This document shows positions 1-10,977 of a DNA stretch of 46,345 bases, piece after piece. The stretch's first letter is position 1, and each line of letters begins with the position of its first letter. The notes under the pieces were generated by a model. The model saw only the letters and a program-made list of their open reading frames with translations, did no database searches and was not told the DNA's origin. Position numbers and translations under genes: made by a program. The stretch is from assembly GCA_002170125.1 (NCBI GenBank), contig NHGD01000016.1:1-46345 (forward strand), written 5' to 3'. The DNA is from Candidatus Pelagibacter sp. TMED128 (GTDB lineage Bacteria > Pseudomonadota > Alphaproteobacteria > Pelagibacterales > Pelagibacteraceae).

Positions 1-161
1 AAGTTCTAAAAAAAGTCAAAATGGCAACTTATGAAATAAATATGAAAAGAATTTTAAAAAAAGAAGGTGCTGTAGTTGGTCTTGCTAATGGTATATTAAG
101 CGCTGATGGAAAAATAATTTATACAGCAGAAAACTTAAAAGTTGGATTGTTTAAATCATGA
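1..161 (+). CDS. fabA: 3-hydroxyacyl-ACP dehydratase/isomerase FabA, C-terminal part (truncated by window edge; not in ORF track)
   Basis: Frame from nt 3 reads [52 protein letters not shown], matching the FabA C-terminus (DG..IY.A..LKVGLF). Its TGA overlaps the fabB ATG (ATGA at 158-161). Confidence 0.9.
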   Translation, partial: VLKKVKMATYEINMKRILKKEGAVVGLANGILSADGKIIYTAENLKVGLFKS

Positions 162-1369
162 AAAGAGTAGTCGTAACAGGTATAGGGATAGTATCTTGTC
201 TAGGAAACAACCAGGAAGAGGTTTATCATTCCCTTCTAAATTCAAAATCAGGAATATCATACTGTGAAGAATATAAAGAACATAATTTAAAAAGTCATAT
301 TCATGGAAAACCTAATATCAAACTTCAAGATCATGTCGATAGAAAAACTATTAGATTTATGGGTTCAGGATCTGCTTATAATTATATTGCTATGAAAGAA
401 GCAGTTAAAGACTCTGGATTAGAAGAAAAAGATGTAAGTAACGTTTCAACAGGGATTGTTATGGGATCTGGCGGACCTTCAATTGAAAACGTCATTTTAG
501 CTGCAGATAAAACTAGAGCAAAAACACCTAAATTAATGGGACCATTTATAGTGCCTAGAACTATGGCTAGCACAGCCTCAGCAACTTTAGCTGTTCCTTT
601 TAAGATAAAAGGAGTTAATTATACGATGAGTTCTGCTTGTGCAACTAGTGGTCACTGTATTGGAAACTCGGTTGAATTAATTCAGTCAGGAAAACAGAGT
701 GTTATGTTCGCTGGAGGTAGTGAAGAAATACACTGGGCTATGACAGCTATGTTTGATGCTATGACAGCCTTGTCATCAAAATATAATGATACACCAGAAA
801 AAGCTTCGAGAGCGTATGATAAAACAAGAGATGGATTTGTAATTGCTGGAGGGGGAGGTGTTCTTGTACTAGAAGAATACGAGCATGCAAAAGCAAGAGG
901 TGCTAAAATTTATGCTGAAATTACAGGATATGGAGCAACATCGGATGGATATGATATGGTGGCTCCATCAGGAGAAGGCGCTGTAAGATGTATGCAAATG
1001 GCATTAAAAACTTCAAGAAATAAAATAGAGTATATAAATACTCATGGAACATCTACTCCTGTGGGAGACATCACTGAATTAAAAGCTGTTAATGATACAT
1101 TTAAAGAAAAACTTCCTAAGATAAGCTCTACAAAATCTTTATCTGGTCATCCTTTGGGGGCCGCCTCTGTGCATGAAGCAATTTACTGTCTTATAATGAT
1201 GAAAAATAATTTTATTACAGGGTCCGCTAATATTAATGAAATAGACGAGGAAGCAAAAAAATTTCCAATAATTACTAAAACTGAAACTGACATTAAATTA
1301 AATTCTGTTATGTCAAATAGCTTTGGCTTTGGGGGAACAAACGCTACCCTAATTTTTGAGAAAGTATAA
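158..1369 (+). CDS. fabB: beta-ketoacyl-ACP synthase I
   Basis: [10 protein letters not shown] start; SSACATS catalytic Cys; HGTSTPVGD and GHPLGA His motifs; [10 protein letters not shown]; lies between fabA and fabI. Confidence 0.95.
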   Translation: MKRVVVTGIGIVSCLGNNQEEVYHSLLNSKSGISYCEEYKEHNLKSHIHGKPNIKLQDHVDRKTIRFMGSGSAYNYIAMKEAVKDSGLEEKDVSNVSTGIVMGSGGPSIENVILAADKTRAKTPKLMGPFIVPRTMASTASATLAVPFKIKGVNYTMSSACATSGHCIGNSVELIQSGKQSVMFAGGSEEIHWAMTAMFDAMTALSSKYNDTPEKASRAYDKTRDGFVIAGGGGVLVLEEYEHAKARGAKIYAEITGYGATSDGYDMVAPSGEGAVRCMQMALKTSRNKIEYINTHGTSTPVGDITELKAVNDTFKEKLPKISSTKSLSGHPLGAASVHEAIYCLIMMKNNFITGSANINEIDEEAKKFPIITKTETDIKLNSVMSNSFGFGGTNATLIFEKV

Positions 1370-1371
1370 TT

Positions 1372-2157
1372 ATGAGTTTAATGAAAGGTAAAAAAGGGCT
1401 AATTATGGGTGTTGCTAACGAGCGATCAATTGCTTGGGGTATTTCTCAAAAACTTGCAGAAGCAGGAGCTGAATTAGCATTTACTTATTTAGGAGACGCC
1501 TTAAAAAAAAGAGTTATTCCATTAGCAAAATCTTTAAATTCAGAATTTACTTTGAGTTGTAACGTTGAAAATAAAGAAGAAATAATTAAACTATTTGAGG
1601 ATATAAAAGAAAAATGGAATGAAATAGATTTTATTGTTCATGCTGTGGCTTTTTCTGATAAATCTGAATTGTCTGGTGAGTATCTAAATACCTCAAGAGA
1701 GAATTTTTTAAAAAGTATGTTAATCTCTTGTTTTTCTTTTACAGAAGTTGCAAAAGAGTCATCAAAAATAATGAAAAAAGGTGGAAGCATGTTAACTTTA
1801 ACATATGAGTCAACTAAAACTATTCCTAATTATAATGTTATGGGTGTTTGTAAATCAGCGCTAGAGACAAGTGTAAAATATTTAGCTAGAGATCTTGGAA
1901 CAAAAAAAATTAGAGTAAATGCTATTAGCGCCGGTCCTATAAAAACTTTGGCGGCTTCTGCCATAGGCGATGCAAAATTTTTATATAAATGGAATGAAGA
2001 TCATTCTTTTTTAAAAAGAAACGTTGATATTCAAGATGTTGGGAATTCTGCTTTATATCTTTTAAGCGATCTTGCTGGTGGTGTTACTGGGGAAATACAC
2101 TATGTGGATGCAGGTTACAATAAAGTTGGTATGCCTAACCCAAAAAATATGTCTTAA
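1372..2157 (+). CDS. fabI: enoyl-ACP reductase (NADH)
   Basis: GVANERSIAWGI; YNVMGVCK (Y-x6-K); RVNAISAGPIKTLA; VTGEIHYVDAG. Confidence 0.96.
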   Translation: MSLMKGKKGLIMGVANERSIAWGISQKLAEAGAELAFTYLGDALKKRVIPLAKSLNSEFTLSCNVENKEEIIKLFEDIKEKWNEIDFIVHAVAFSDKSELSGEYLNTSRENFLKSMLISCFSFTEVAKESSKIMKKGGSMLTLTYESTKTIPNYNVMGVCKSALETSVKYLARDLGTKKIRVNAISAGPIKTLAASAIGDAKFLYKWNEDHSFLKRNVDIQDVGNSALYLLSDLAGGVTGEIHYVDAGYNKVGMPNPKNMS

Positions 2158-2230
2158 CCTGCAAAAAATGCATATCTAAATTTCAATAAATCTTCATAAA
2201 ACTTATATTTAATTTTGTTAAAAATATTCA

Positions 2231-2746
2231 ATGAAAAAATTTAATCTTAAAGTAAAAGAAAAATTAGATAATTTTTTTGAATGGGTAAAAGGAGCCGAGT
2301 TGGTTGAATTAAAATCATGTAACTCTGAAGAAGATCCAATTAGACCAGAGCTTGATAATAGTTTCAGAACTAGCTATGGACGTAAAATTTTTGGAGTAAA
2401 ATATAAAAAAGAAATTTGTGCTATTATGTGTTTTGGATTTGTAAACGAAATTCCAAAGACAATTGAAGAATTAGATTTAATGAGTAAAGATGCTCACTTA
2501 CAAAGTGCACTTAGAGATCGAAATGTGGGAAAAATTGCAATAGCTTATACTGTTTGGTCAAAAAAAAAAGGTGGTGGAAAATTAATTGTAAAAGAAGTTT
2601 TCAAAAAAATTAAAAAATCAAATCATTTAAATAGATTAGTTACTTTATCTCCCTTAACTGATATGGCAAGAAATTTTCATTTGCGCAATGGGGCATTTGA
2701 ACTTCAGGTAAATAAAAGCTCACAAAATTTTGAATATAAAATTTAA
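2231..2746 (+). CDS. GNAT-fold protein resembling a minimal malonyl-CoA decarboxylase catalytic domain
   Basis: Ordered motifs AIAYTV..KKKGGGKLIVKEV..LVTLSP..ARNFHLRNGA..VN parallel the MCD C-terminal motifs. The ORF itself is solid; the function is inferred. Confidence 0.55.
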   Translation: MKKFNLKVKEKLDNFFEWVKGAELVELKSCNSEEDPIRPELDNSFRTSYGRKIFGVKYKKEICAIMCFGFVNEIPKTIEELDLMSKDAHLQSALRDRNVGKIAIAYTVWSKKKGGGKLIVKEVFKKIKKSNHLNRLVTLSPLTDMARNFHLRNGAFELQVNKSSQNFEYKI

Positions 2747-3516
2747 TATATTCTTTTTATCACTCTTAAAGTTTTAAGAGTTTTTTCAACTGAAAAATTT
2801 ATAGTTTTTTCAAAAAAGTTTGATTCTTTTAAACTCAAAATATAATCTAGTTCTATAATTTTTTTGTAATATTTGTTAATAAATTTCTCAAATTTTAAAA
2901 AATACTTGTCATCCCAATAATTTAAATGGATTTGAGTAGATTGAATACCGAACGGTAAGATTATCTCTCTATAAAAAAGCTGAGGTACGAAAAGTAAATC
3001 ATATTTGCGATATGGAAACAATCCATAACCATCAATTACGATTTTAATTCCAGAGCTTTTTAATGCTTTTAATGTGTTTAAATCATAAGTGTGATTAGGT
3101 GCAAAAAAAGATCTTACTGAAATATCTTTTTCTTTAAACTTTTCTAATCCATGATCTATTTTTTTTTTTTGATTTTCATAACTTACACCATAAAATTCAG
3201 ACTCACCGCCATAATTAAAAATATCTTTTTTTTTAGTTTGATGATCATATAAATGTGAATACCCGTGCATTGATATTTCCCAACCTTTTCTTTCCCAACT
3301 TTTTACTCTATTCCAGAAATTTTGATTTCTAGGATAATTTAATAGTTCAGGGTCTTTATTAAAAGGTATGACACCTAAAAGCGGTTTGATATTAAGTTTA
3401 TCAAATAATATCTCGCACTTATCCATATATTTCCATTCCATATTTTCGGAAATATCGTCAAGTCTTATTAGAAGACCAGTATTTTTTTTTATATAATTTT
3501 TTAAATCACTAAACAT
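2743..3516 (-). CDS. DUF2334 / CE4-like polysaccharide deacetylase
   Basis: LLIRLDDI, GVIP, EISMHGYSH (HxxxH metal site) and FFAPNH motifs of the NodB-like barrel. Confidence 0.8.
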   Translation of the reverse strand: MFSDLKNYIKKNTGLLIRLDDISENMEWKYMDKCEILFDKLNIKPLLGVIPFNKDPELLNYPRNQNFWNRVKSWERKGWEISMHGYSHLYDHQTKKKDIFNYGGESEFYGVSYENQKKKIDHGLEKFKEKDISVRSFFAPNHTYDLNTLKALKSSGIKIVIDGYGLFPYRKYDLLFVPQLFYREIILPFGIQSTQIHLNYWDDKYFLKFEKFINKYYKKIIELDYILSLKESNFFEKTINFSVEKTLKTLRVIKRIY

Positions 3517-3553
3517 ATTTAATTTTAAATTAAAATTTTCAGCATTAAAACAA

Positions 3554-4462
3554 CTAAATAATTAAATCTGAGTTTAAAAGCTCTAAATTACTTATTTCAT
3601 TTTTAGTTTTTAAGTAAATTGTCTTTTTTTTAGATTTTGAAAGTATAATTTTATCTGGAAAAAAATTTTTTTCATTTCCTAAATCATATTCTGAAAAAAA
3701 ATATACATTTAATCTTTTAGAAATAGTATTTAAAATTTCATTATAATGTTTTTGAAAATAATCAATATTAGAAATATAAAAAAGATTGAATATTTTTAGT
3801 CCTTTCTTTCTTAAAACACAGCCAATAACAAATAATTCATCTTCTTCATTAATATTTCTAATTAAAAAACTCTTATAAACTTTATTATTATACAGATTAT
3901 GAATATCTAGACTAGTTTTAGAAAGTTTATTTTCAATATCTTTTTTATCTTCAATTATTTCGTATTCCTTTTTTAAAAATTTAAAAAGACCTAAATTGAA
4001 AATGACTTTATAAATAATTTCTTTTTTTTTAAAACCATATTTTTCCAATAGTCCTTTTAAAGATTCAACTGGAGTATATGCAGTTAGATTAATGTCTTTT
4101 TTATTTAATAAAGAAATTAAATAAAACGAGTAAATTCTGTATTCTTGTTCAACTATCCAGGAATGTATATTACAAAAAGTGCATTCTTGATTTTCAATTT
4201 TGCGCTTAGAGAACCAACTCCCAACAAAACCAACAATGGCATTACTTTTATTTAGCATTATATATCCAATAGGATATAAATCATCTTTTTGATAAGAAAT
4301 AAGATCTATTATACTTTTATAATGAAGGAAACTTTGTTTAGTTAAAAAATTAATCGTATTTTGAAAATTTTTTCCGTTTCTAAAAACTTCTTGAATTTCA
4401 AGTCTTGCAGATGCCCGTTTTTCTAATTCAGAATTTTTAGATATATAATCAATGTCTTTCAA
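3554..4462 (-). CDS. hypothetical protein with a GNAT-like acyltransferase region (TTG start, uncertain)
   Basis: GYIM..IVGFVG..F..R..CNIHSWIVEQEYR..LLEKYGF pattern typical of GNAT motifs A and B. Confidence 0.55.
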   Translation of the reverse strand: MKDIDYISKNSELEKRASARLEIQEVFRNGKNFQNTINFLTKQSFLHYKSIIDLISYQKDDLYPIGYIMLNKSNAIVGFVGSWFSKRKIENQECTFCNIHSWIVEQEYRIYSFYLISLLNKKDINLTAYTPVESLKGLLEKYGFKKKEIIYKVIFNLGLFKFLKKEYEIIEDKKDIENKLSKTSLDIHNLYNNKVYKSFLIRNINEEDELFVIGCVLRKKGLKIFNLFYISNIDYFQKHYNEILNTISKRLNVYFFSEYDLGNEKNFFPDKIILSKSKKKTIYLKTKNEISNLELLNSDLII

Positions 4463-4499
4463 ATTTTTTAGATAAAGTTTCTTAATAATTTATAAAAGA

Positions 4500-6569
4500 T
4501 TAAACTGTCTGTTTCATGGAAAGTTTAACTTTTCCTCTGTCAAATCCAACAACTTTAACTGATACCTCATCTCCTTCTTTTACGACATCCCCAACTTTTT
4601 CAACTCTCTTAGAAGCGAGCTCTGAAATATGTACCAATCCGTCTTGTTTACCTAAGAAATTTACGAAAGCTCCAAATTCCATGATTTTTACAACTTTTCC
4701 TTTGTAAATTTTACCCATTTCAGGTTTGGCAACAAGATTTTTTATAAATTCTAAAGCTTTATTTCTGGATAGCTCATCAGGTGCTGCTACAGTAACTTCT
4801 CCAGTATCTTTTACATCGACTTTAGCCCCAGATGTCTCAACTATTTCTCTAATAGTAGCTCCTCCTTTGCCTATAACTGTAGCAATATCTTTTTTATCAA
4901 CTTTTATAGTCTCCATTTTAGGTGTATGTTTTGAAAATTCTTTTCTTGAGGATTTTATAGCTTTATTCATCTCACCTAAAATATGTTCTCTGCCAGCTTT
5001 AGCTTGGTCCAAGGCTTTTTCCATGATTTCAAATGTTATACCTGTAATCTTAATATCCATTTGAAGGGAAGTAATCCCATCTTTTGTACCAGCAACCTTG
5101 AAATCCATATCACCTAAATGATCTTCGTCACCTAAAATATCTGATAATACAGAAAATTTATCTTTCTCTTTAATTAAACCCATTGCTATACCTGCTACAG
5201 GTTCTTTTATAGGTACTCCTGCATCCATTAAAGATAAAGAAGTCCCACAAACTGTTGCCATTGAAGAAGATCCGTTGGACTCTGTGATTTCAGAAACTAC
5301 TCTTAAAGTGTAAGGAAAATTTTCTTTTTTTGGCAAAGAAGAATTGATAGCTCTCCATGCTAGTTTACCATGACCTATTTCTCTTCTACCTGTGCCTATT
5401 CTTCCACATTCACCCACAGAAAATGGAGGAAAATTATAATGAAGCATAAAATTTGATCTTTTCATACCATCTAGGCTTTCTAATCTTTGCTCATCATCAG
5501 TCATTCCTAAAGTAGTAACTACCAAAGCTTGAGTTTCTCCTCTCGTAAATAAAGCAGATCCATGAGTTCTAGGTAAAATTCCTACTTCACATTTTATCTG
5601 TCTAACATCTGCTAAGCCTCTTCCATCTATTCTCTTACCATCTTTTAAAATTGCTGTTCTAACAATATCTTTTTCTAGAGACTTTAATTCTGACATAGCC
5701 TGATTTTCTGTTACATTCTCATCTTCTTTAAACATTTCCTTACATTTTGTATCTATTTCAGATATTGCAGTTGATCTTTTTTTTTTATCAATTTCTTTAA
5801 ATGCTTTTCTTAAATCTGACTCAAATGCATTTGTTATCTTCTTTTTTACTTCTGAGTGATCAACTTCTTCAATTTCCCACTTAGGTTTTCCTGCTTTTTT
5901 AGCTAATGACTCTATTGCTTTTATAATTGAAATAAAATTTTCATGTCCAAATTTTACTGCTTCCAACATTACTTTTTCAGATAAACCAGATGTTTCGGAC
6001 TCTACCATTAGTACAGCATCTTTAGTCCCCGCAACAACCAGATCTAACTCAGAATCTTCTAATTCAGTTGGTGAAGGATTTAGCAAATATTTTTTATTTT
6101 TGTAACCAACTCTACTAGCTGCTATGGGTCCTTGAAAAGGAAGTCCAGAAATCGCTAAAGCTGCAGAGGATGCTATTATTGACAAAATATCTGGTTGATT
6201 TTCTCCATCATAAGATAAAACAGTAGGTAATAACTGTACCTCGTTCATAAAGTTGGATGGAAATAATGGCCTAATTGGTCTGTCAATTAGTCTAGATATT
6301 AATGTCTCTGCCTCAGTAGGCCTAGCTTCTCTTTTAAAATAACCTCCAGGGATCTTTCCAGCTGCATAATATTTTTCTTGATAGTTTACTGATAGAGGAA
6401 AATAGTCTTGACCTTCATTTAATTTTTTGGCTCCTACAGCTGTAGCAATAACAACGGTCTCACCGCAAGTAGCAATGATTGCGCCATCAGCTTGACGAGC
6501 AATTTTTCCTGTTTCTAAAGTGATTAATTTTCCATTTATTTTTATTTCTTCTTTGTGTGTTTTAAACAT
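4500..6569 (-). CDS. pnp: polyribonucleotide nucleotidyltransferase
   Basis: [43 protein letters not shown] and S1 domains. Confidence 0.99.
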   Translation of the reverse strand: MFKTHKEEIKINGKLITLETGKIARQADGAIIATCGETVVIATAVGAKKLNEGQDYFPLSVNYQEKYYAAGKIPGGYFKREARPTEAETLISRLIDRPIRPLFPSNFMNEVQLLPTVLSYDGENQPDILSIIASSAALAISGLPFQGPIAASRVGYKNKKYLLNPSPTELEDSELDLVVAGTKDAVLMVESETSGLSEKVMLEAVKFGHENFISIIKAIESLAKKAGKPKWEIEEVDHSEVKKKITNAFESDLRKAFKEIDKKKRSTAISEIDTKCKEMFKEDENVTENQAMSELKSLEKDIVRTAILKDGKRIDGRGLADVRQIKCEVGILPRTHGSALFTRGETQALVVTTLGMTDDEQRLESLDGMKRSNFMLHYNFPPFSVGECGRIGTGRREIGHGKLAWRAINSSLPKKENFPYTLRVVSEITESNGSSSMATVCGTSLSLMDAGVPIKEPVAGIAMGLIKEKDKFSVLSDILGDEDHLGDMDFKVAGTKDGITSLQMDIKITGITFEIMEKALDQAKAGREHILGEMNKAIKSSRKEFSKHTPKMETIKVDKKDIATVIGKGGATIREIVETSGAKVDVKDTGEVTVAAPDELSRNKALEFIKNLVAKPEMGKIYKGKVVKIMEFGAFVNFLGKQDGLVHISELASKRVEKVGDVVKEGDEVSVKVVGFDRGKVKLSMKQTV

Positions 6570-6829
6570 TATTTCCTTAAATTTAATTGTTTGATTACTT
6601 TTTGATAAGAATCTGGATTTTTCTTTTTAAGATAAACTAAAAGCTTTTTTCTTTTATTAACTGATTTTGTTAATCCTAGTGTAGAGTGTTTGTCTTTCTT
6701 TGATTTTTTAAAATGTTCTGAAAGTTTAGTAATTTTATTAGTCAATAGACCAATTTGTATTTCTGTTGAGCCTACATCTTTACTGTGAATTGCCAGTGAT
6801 TTAATTATATCTTTTTTTTTCTGTATCAT
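6569..6829 (-). CDS. rpsO: 30S ribosomal protein S15
   Basis: [14 protein letters not shown]....KD.HS..GL..KRKKLL.YL..LNLRK; lies between rbfA and pnp. Confidence 0.95.
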   Translation of the reverse strand: MIQKKKDIIKSLAIHSKDVGSTEIQIGLLTNKITKLSEHFKKSKKDKHSTLGLTKSVNKRKKLLVYLKKKNPDSYQKVIKQLNLRK

Positions 6830-7199
6830 TTATCTTTATTTTTTTAATAATTCTTTCAATCTTTTCAGCATATTCAAATGAGTTATCTTCTACAAATGTG
6901 AGTTTAGGAAGAAACTTAATATCTAGCCTTTTAGACAGAGCTCTTCTAACAAGATGAGAGTATTCCGTCAAGATCCTTACTGTTTCTTTCATGTCTACCC
7001 CACCCAATGGTATTACATATGCTCTAGCGGTTTTTAGATCAGGGGTCATTCTGACCTCAGTTACGGTAATCAATTTTGAATTTATTGAGGGTATTTTAGC
7101 CTCATTTCTAATAAACAACTCTCCTAAATTTTGCTTAACTAATTCACCTACTCTTAATTGTCTTTGGCTATAAGTTCGAGATGATGTTTGATTTCCCAT
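6801..7199 (-). CDS. rbfA: ribosome-binding factor A
   Basis: SQRQLRVGELVK, ITVTEVRMTPDLKTA, PKLTFVEDNSF; follows infB. Confidence 0.95.
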   Translation of the reverse strand: MGNQTSSRTYSQRQLRVGELVKQNLGELFIRNEAKIPSINSKLITVTEVRMTPDLKTARAYVIPLGGVDMKETVRILTEYSHLVRRALSKRLDIKFLPKLTFVEDNSFEYAEKIERIIKKIKINDTEKKRYN

Positions 7200-9385
7200 T
7201 ATATTGTCCGTTCAATTTTTTCTGCAAGATAAGACTCTATTACATCTTTTTCTTTAAAATCTATGAAATCTTTAAGACTTATTCCACATTCTAAGCCTGC
7301 TCCTACTTCTTTAACTTGATTTTTTTCTCTAAAAATACTTTGAATTTCTCCACTATATACAACTACACCATCTCTTATAATTCTAGCTTTAGATTTACTT
7401 TTTATTTCTCCATTAATTACTTTTGATCCTGCAATTTTTCCAGCTTTTGAAACTTTAAATATCTTTTGTATTTCTGCCGAACCTATAACTGTTTCTTTTA
7501 CGTCTGGTTCAAGCAAACCAGATAAAGATTTTTCTACATACTCAATTGCTTCATAAATTATGTTAAAATATTTTATATCAATTTTTTGCTCAGTTGCCAA
7601 TTTCTTAGCTTCTCTATTTGGTTTTACGTTAAAACCAATAAGAATAGCATTAGATGCTTTAGCTAAAGAAACGTCTGTCTCGTTTATCATTCCAATATCT
7701 GATAAAATTATTTTTGCCTCTACTTCTTCATGTTTAATTTTATTTATTGCCATCTTTAAAGCTTCATTGGATCCTTGAACATCAGATTTAATGATTATAT
7801 TTAGTTCATCTTTTTGTTTTGTATTATCAAAAAGTGTTGTTTTATCCTTAGCTAATAATTTGCTTTGTGTAGAATTATTCTTTTTAAATGCAACCATTTC
7901 TTTAGCTTCATCTTCATCTTTTGTTACTAGAAACTCTGCTCCAGCAAAAGCTGAACTATTCATACCAAGTATTTCAACTGGCATAGATGGTAAAGCCTCA
8001 TCAATATTTTTTCCTTCATAATTAATCATTGCTCTTATTTTTCCCCAAGTATCTCCACATATAAAAAAGTCTCCTCTTTTTAATTTTCCACTACTAATTA
8101 GAATTGTAGATACTGGGCCTTTTCCCTTATCTATTTTTGACTCAATTACTACACCTTTAGCCTGCCCTGAAAATGAAGCTTTTAAATCCAAAATTTCAGA
8201 CTGTAATAAAATACTTTCTTTAAGTTTATCTAAATTTATCTTTTTTAAAGCAGAGACCTCGACAAACAATGTTTCCCCGCTTAGGTCTTCAGCAATTAGT
8301 TCGTATTGCATCATTTCATTTTTAATTTTACTAATATTTTTTTCAGGTAAATCACATTTGTTAATAGCTACTATTATTGGAACTTTTGCTGCTTTAGCGT
8401 GTTTAATAGCTTCAATTGTTTGAGGTTTTATTCCATCATCGGCAGCTACAACGAGCACTACTATATCAGTTATTTTTGATCCACGAGCTCGCATCTCTGT
8501 AAATGCTGCATGCCCTGGTGTATCGATAAAAGTGATCATTTTATTTTCTTCGGTTTTAACTTGATAAGCACCAATATGTTGAGTTATCCCGCCAAATTCC
8601 CCTGAAACTACGTTAGTGTCTCTTAATGAGTCTAATAAAGATGTTTTTCCATGATCTACGTGTCCCATTATTGTGACAACTGGTGGTCTAATTTGTTCAT
8701 CACCTTTTAATTTCTCTTTTACTTTACTAGTTTGTAAAGATGGCTGATCCTCTAATATAGGTTTATGACCAAACTCTTTTACAATATATTCTGCGGTATC
8801 CTTATCAATATTATGATTGATGGTGGCAATTACCTTCATATTAAATAAAAATTTGATAATATCGCTAGATTTCTCTGCCATTCGATTTGATAATTCTTGT
8901 ATCGTAATTTGTTCTGGTATTTTCACGTCTCTGATTACTTTTTTAAATTCTTTCTTTTCTTCTCCTTCTGGTTTGTTTTTCTTCTCTTTTAGACGTGCTC
9001 TTTTTACTGAGGCTAAACTTCTTTGTTTGATTTCAATTTCTTCAACGTTTAAGGCTCTGGAAACAGTTAATTTGAAATCTCTTTTATCTACAGGGTTCTT
9101 TAATTTTAGTTTACTTTTACCAGTTGGTTTATTTTCTTTTTTAATAAAGTCTTTAGTAGCCTGCTGCTCGACAAACTTTCTAGCAAAATTCTTCTTTTTT
9201 AAATTAGATTGTGGTTTTTGATTAATATTCTTATTGGTAAATTTATTTGATAATTTATCTTCTTTGAAAAATTTCTTCTTTTTTACTTCAAAAGATTTTT
9301 TTCCGCCTGTGGTTAAAGCGCTTGTATCAATAGTTTTTTTAAAATTTGATGAAATAGTGAGTGTCTTCTTTTTATCTTTTTCCAT
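7199..9385 (-). CDS. infB: translation initiation factor IF-2 (start moved to ATG at 9385, MEKDKKK)
   Basis: [33 protein letters not shown]. The ATG at 9385 lies 4 nt after the nusA stop. Confidence 0.97.
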   Translation of the reverse strand: MEKDKKKTLTISSNFKKTIDTSALTTGGKKSFEVKKKKFFKEDKLSNKFTNKNINQKPQSNLKKKNFARKFVEQQATKDFIKKENKPTGKSKLKLKNPVDKRDFKLTVSRALNVEEIEIKQRSLASVKRARLKEKKNKPEGEEKKEFKKVIRDVKIPEQITIQELSNRMAEKSSDIIKFLFNMKVIATINHNIDKDTAEYIVKEFGHKPILEDQPSLQTSKVKEKLKGDEQIRPPVVTIMGHVDHGKTSLLDSLRDTNVVSGEFGGITQHIGAYQVKTEENKMITFIDTPGHAAFTEMRARGSKITDIVVLVVAADDGIKPQTIEAIKHAKAAKVPIIVAINKCDLPEKNISKIKNEMMQYELIAEDLSGETLFVEVSALKKINLDKLKESILLQSEILDLKASFSGQAKGVVIESKIDKGKGPVSTILISSGKLKRGDFFICGDTWGKIRAMINYEGKNIDEALPSMPVEILGMNSSAFAGAEFLVTKDEDEAKEMVAFKKNNSTQSKLLAKDKTTLFDNTKQKDELNIIIKSDVQGSNEALKMAINKIKHEEVEAKIILSDIGMINETDVSLAKASNAILIGFNVKPNREAKKLATEQKIDIKYFNIIYEAIEYVEKSLSGLLEPDVKETVIGSAEIQKIFKVSKAGKIAGSKVINGEIKSKSKARIIRDGVVVYSGEIQSIFREKNQVKEVGAGLECGISLKDFIDFKEKDVIESYLAEKIERTI

Positions 9386-9389
9386 AACA

Positions 9390-10937
9390 TTACTTGTACA
9401 CAATCTCTCTAGCTGACATAATTAACTCATCAGCTTCTTTTCTAGATAAGGAAAATTCCTCCAAATATCCTTCTATTCTAATTTTCTTTCCTTTAATTTC
9501 ATCGTAACCGCCAATTAATTCGTCAGAAGATAAGTCAGCAAAATCACTTAATTTTTTAATATTTTTTTGTCCTAAGATTACAAGCATACCTTGAGTCATA
9601 TTTTTTAAGTTAATTAATGATTCTTCAACTCCTAATTCTTTTAATTTTTCTGCTACCGCTTCTTTTTCTTTAACTAAAGTTTCTTTAGATCTATTAATTA
9701 ATTCTTTTGCTGTTTCTTCATCAATAGCATCAATTTTTGAAATGTCTTCCGATGAAGATTGAGCAATATCTTCAATGGTAGGGAATCCTTCTGATACTAA
9801 AAGTTGTCCAAGTGTTTCATCTACTTCTAAATTTTTAACTAGCATCTCCGTCCTATCTTTAAATTCTGCTTGTCTTCTCTCTGAATCTTCTTTTTCTGTT
9901 AATATATCTATTTCATAATTAGTTAATTTTGAAGCTAACCTTACATTTTGTCCTCTACGACCAATAGCTTTACTTAAATTTTCCTCTGTCAAAATAATAT
10001 CAATTCTTTTATTTTCTTGATCTATTAATACTCTTTGAATTTCTGCAGGAGAAAGAGATTCTGATATCAATGTAGGTAAATCCTCTGTCCATTTAATTAT
10101 ATCAATTTTTTCACCATGTAATTCATTAACTATTGTTTGAACTCTGCTTCCTCTCATTCCAACGCATGCTCCTACTGGATCTATAGATGAATCTTGAGAA
10201 TGGACACAAATTTTAGCTCTACTTCCTGGGTCCCTTGCCACAGATTTTATTTCTATAGTTCCCTCATAAATTTCTGGGACTTCCTGAAAAAATAATTTTG
10301 CAAGAAATTGAGGATGTGCCCTAGATAAAAATATTTGATGGCCTTTTAATTCTTTTCTTACTTCATAACAATAAGCTTTTACTCTATCCCCTGTCTTTAA
10401 AATCTCTCTGGATATAAGCTCATCTTTTTTGATTACTCCTTCTGCTTTTCCTAGGTCTACGATGACATTTCCGTACTCCAATCTTTTAATAATACCGCTA
10501 AGTATTTGTCCTTGTTTATCTATGAAATCTTCATACTGTCTATTTTTTTCTGCTTCTCTTACTCTAGAGCTTATAACTTGTTTAGCACTCTGAGCAGCAA
10601 TTCTTCCAAAATCTACTTGGGGTAATTCCTCTACTATTTTATCTCCAATTTTTAAATCAGTGTTTGCATTAATTTTTTTTGCATCATTCAAGGTAATTTC
10701 CCTGGCTGAGTCTTCTACATTTTCTACAATATCTAAAACTTTTTGAATCTTAATGTCTCCACTTTCCCTATCGATTATCACTTCAATATTGTTATCGCTT
10801 CCAAATTTAGTCAAAGCAGCTTTTTGAATAGCGCTTTCCATTGAACCGATAACAAGTTCTTTATCTATAGACTTTTCATTTGCTACTGCGTCTACAATTC
10901 TAAGAAGTTCTAATTTATCTAATCCTTTATTTAACAT
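9390..10937 (-). CDS. nusA: transcription termination/antitermination factor NusA
   Basis: FGRIAAQSAKQVI, ARDPGSRAK, DPVGACVGMRGSRV, AIGRRGQNVRLA; C-terminal acidic repeats. Confidence 0.98.
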   Translation of the reverse strand: MLNKGLDKLELLRIVDAVANEKSIDKELVIGSMESAIQKAALTKFGSDNNIEVIIDRESGDIKIQKVLDIVENVEDSAREITLNDAKKINANTDLKIGDKIVEELPQVDFGRIAAQSAKQVISSRVREAEKNRQYEDFIDKQGQILSGIIKRLEYGNVIVDLGKAEGVIKKDELISREILKTGDRVKAYCYEVRKELKGHQIFLSRAHPQFLAKLFFQEVPEIYEGTIEIKSVARDPGSRAKICVHSQDSSIDPVGACVGMRGSRVQTIVNELHGEKIDIIKWTEDLPTLISESLSPAEIQRVLIDQENKRIDIILTEENLSKAIGRRGQNVRLASKLTNYEIDILTEKEDSERRQAEFKDRTEMLVKNLEVDETLGQLLVSEGFPTIEDIAQSSSEDISKIDAIDEETAKELINRSKETLVKEKEAVAEKLKELGVEESLINLKNMTQGMLVILGQKNIKKLSDFADLSSDELIGGYDEIKGKKIRIEGYLEEFSLSRKEADELIMSAREIVYK

Positions 10938-10951
10938 TTTTTATCCCTTGT

Positions 10952-10977
10952 AAAAAAAAATGGGCTTAAGCCCATTT
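10952..10977 (-). terminator. intrinsic terminator or attenuator upstream of nusA (rimP-leader-like)
   Basis: Minus strand AAATGGGC-TTAA-GCCCATTT running into a 9-nt T tract, 14 nt before the nusA start. Confidence 0.8.

Noticed and set aside
2158-2230. TGCA-N5-TGCA and AT-rich palindromes after fabI (also AATATTAATATT between murJ and maeB)
   Set aside because: Too short or low in complexity to be significant in such AT-rich DNA.
4516-5064. Plus-strand ORFs antisense to pnp, and similar 60-134 aa ORFs opposite fabB, infB, maeB, dapB, leuS, holA and mnmG
   Set aside because: Shadow frames lying fully inside well-conserved genes, with no motifs or translation signals of their own.
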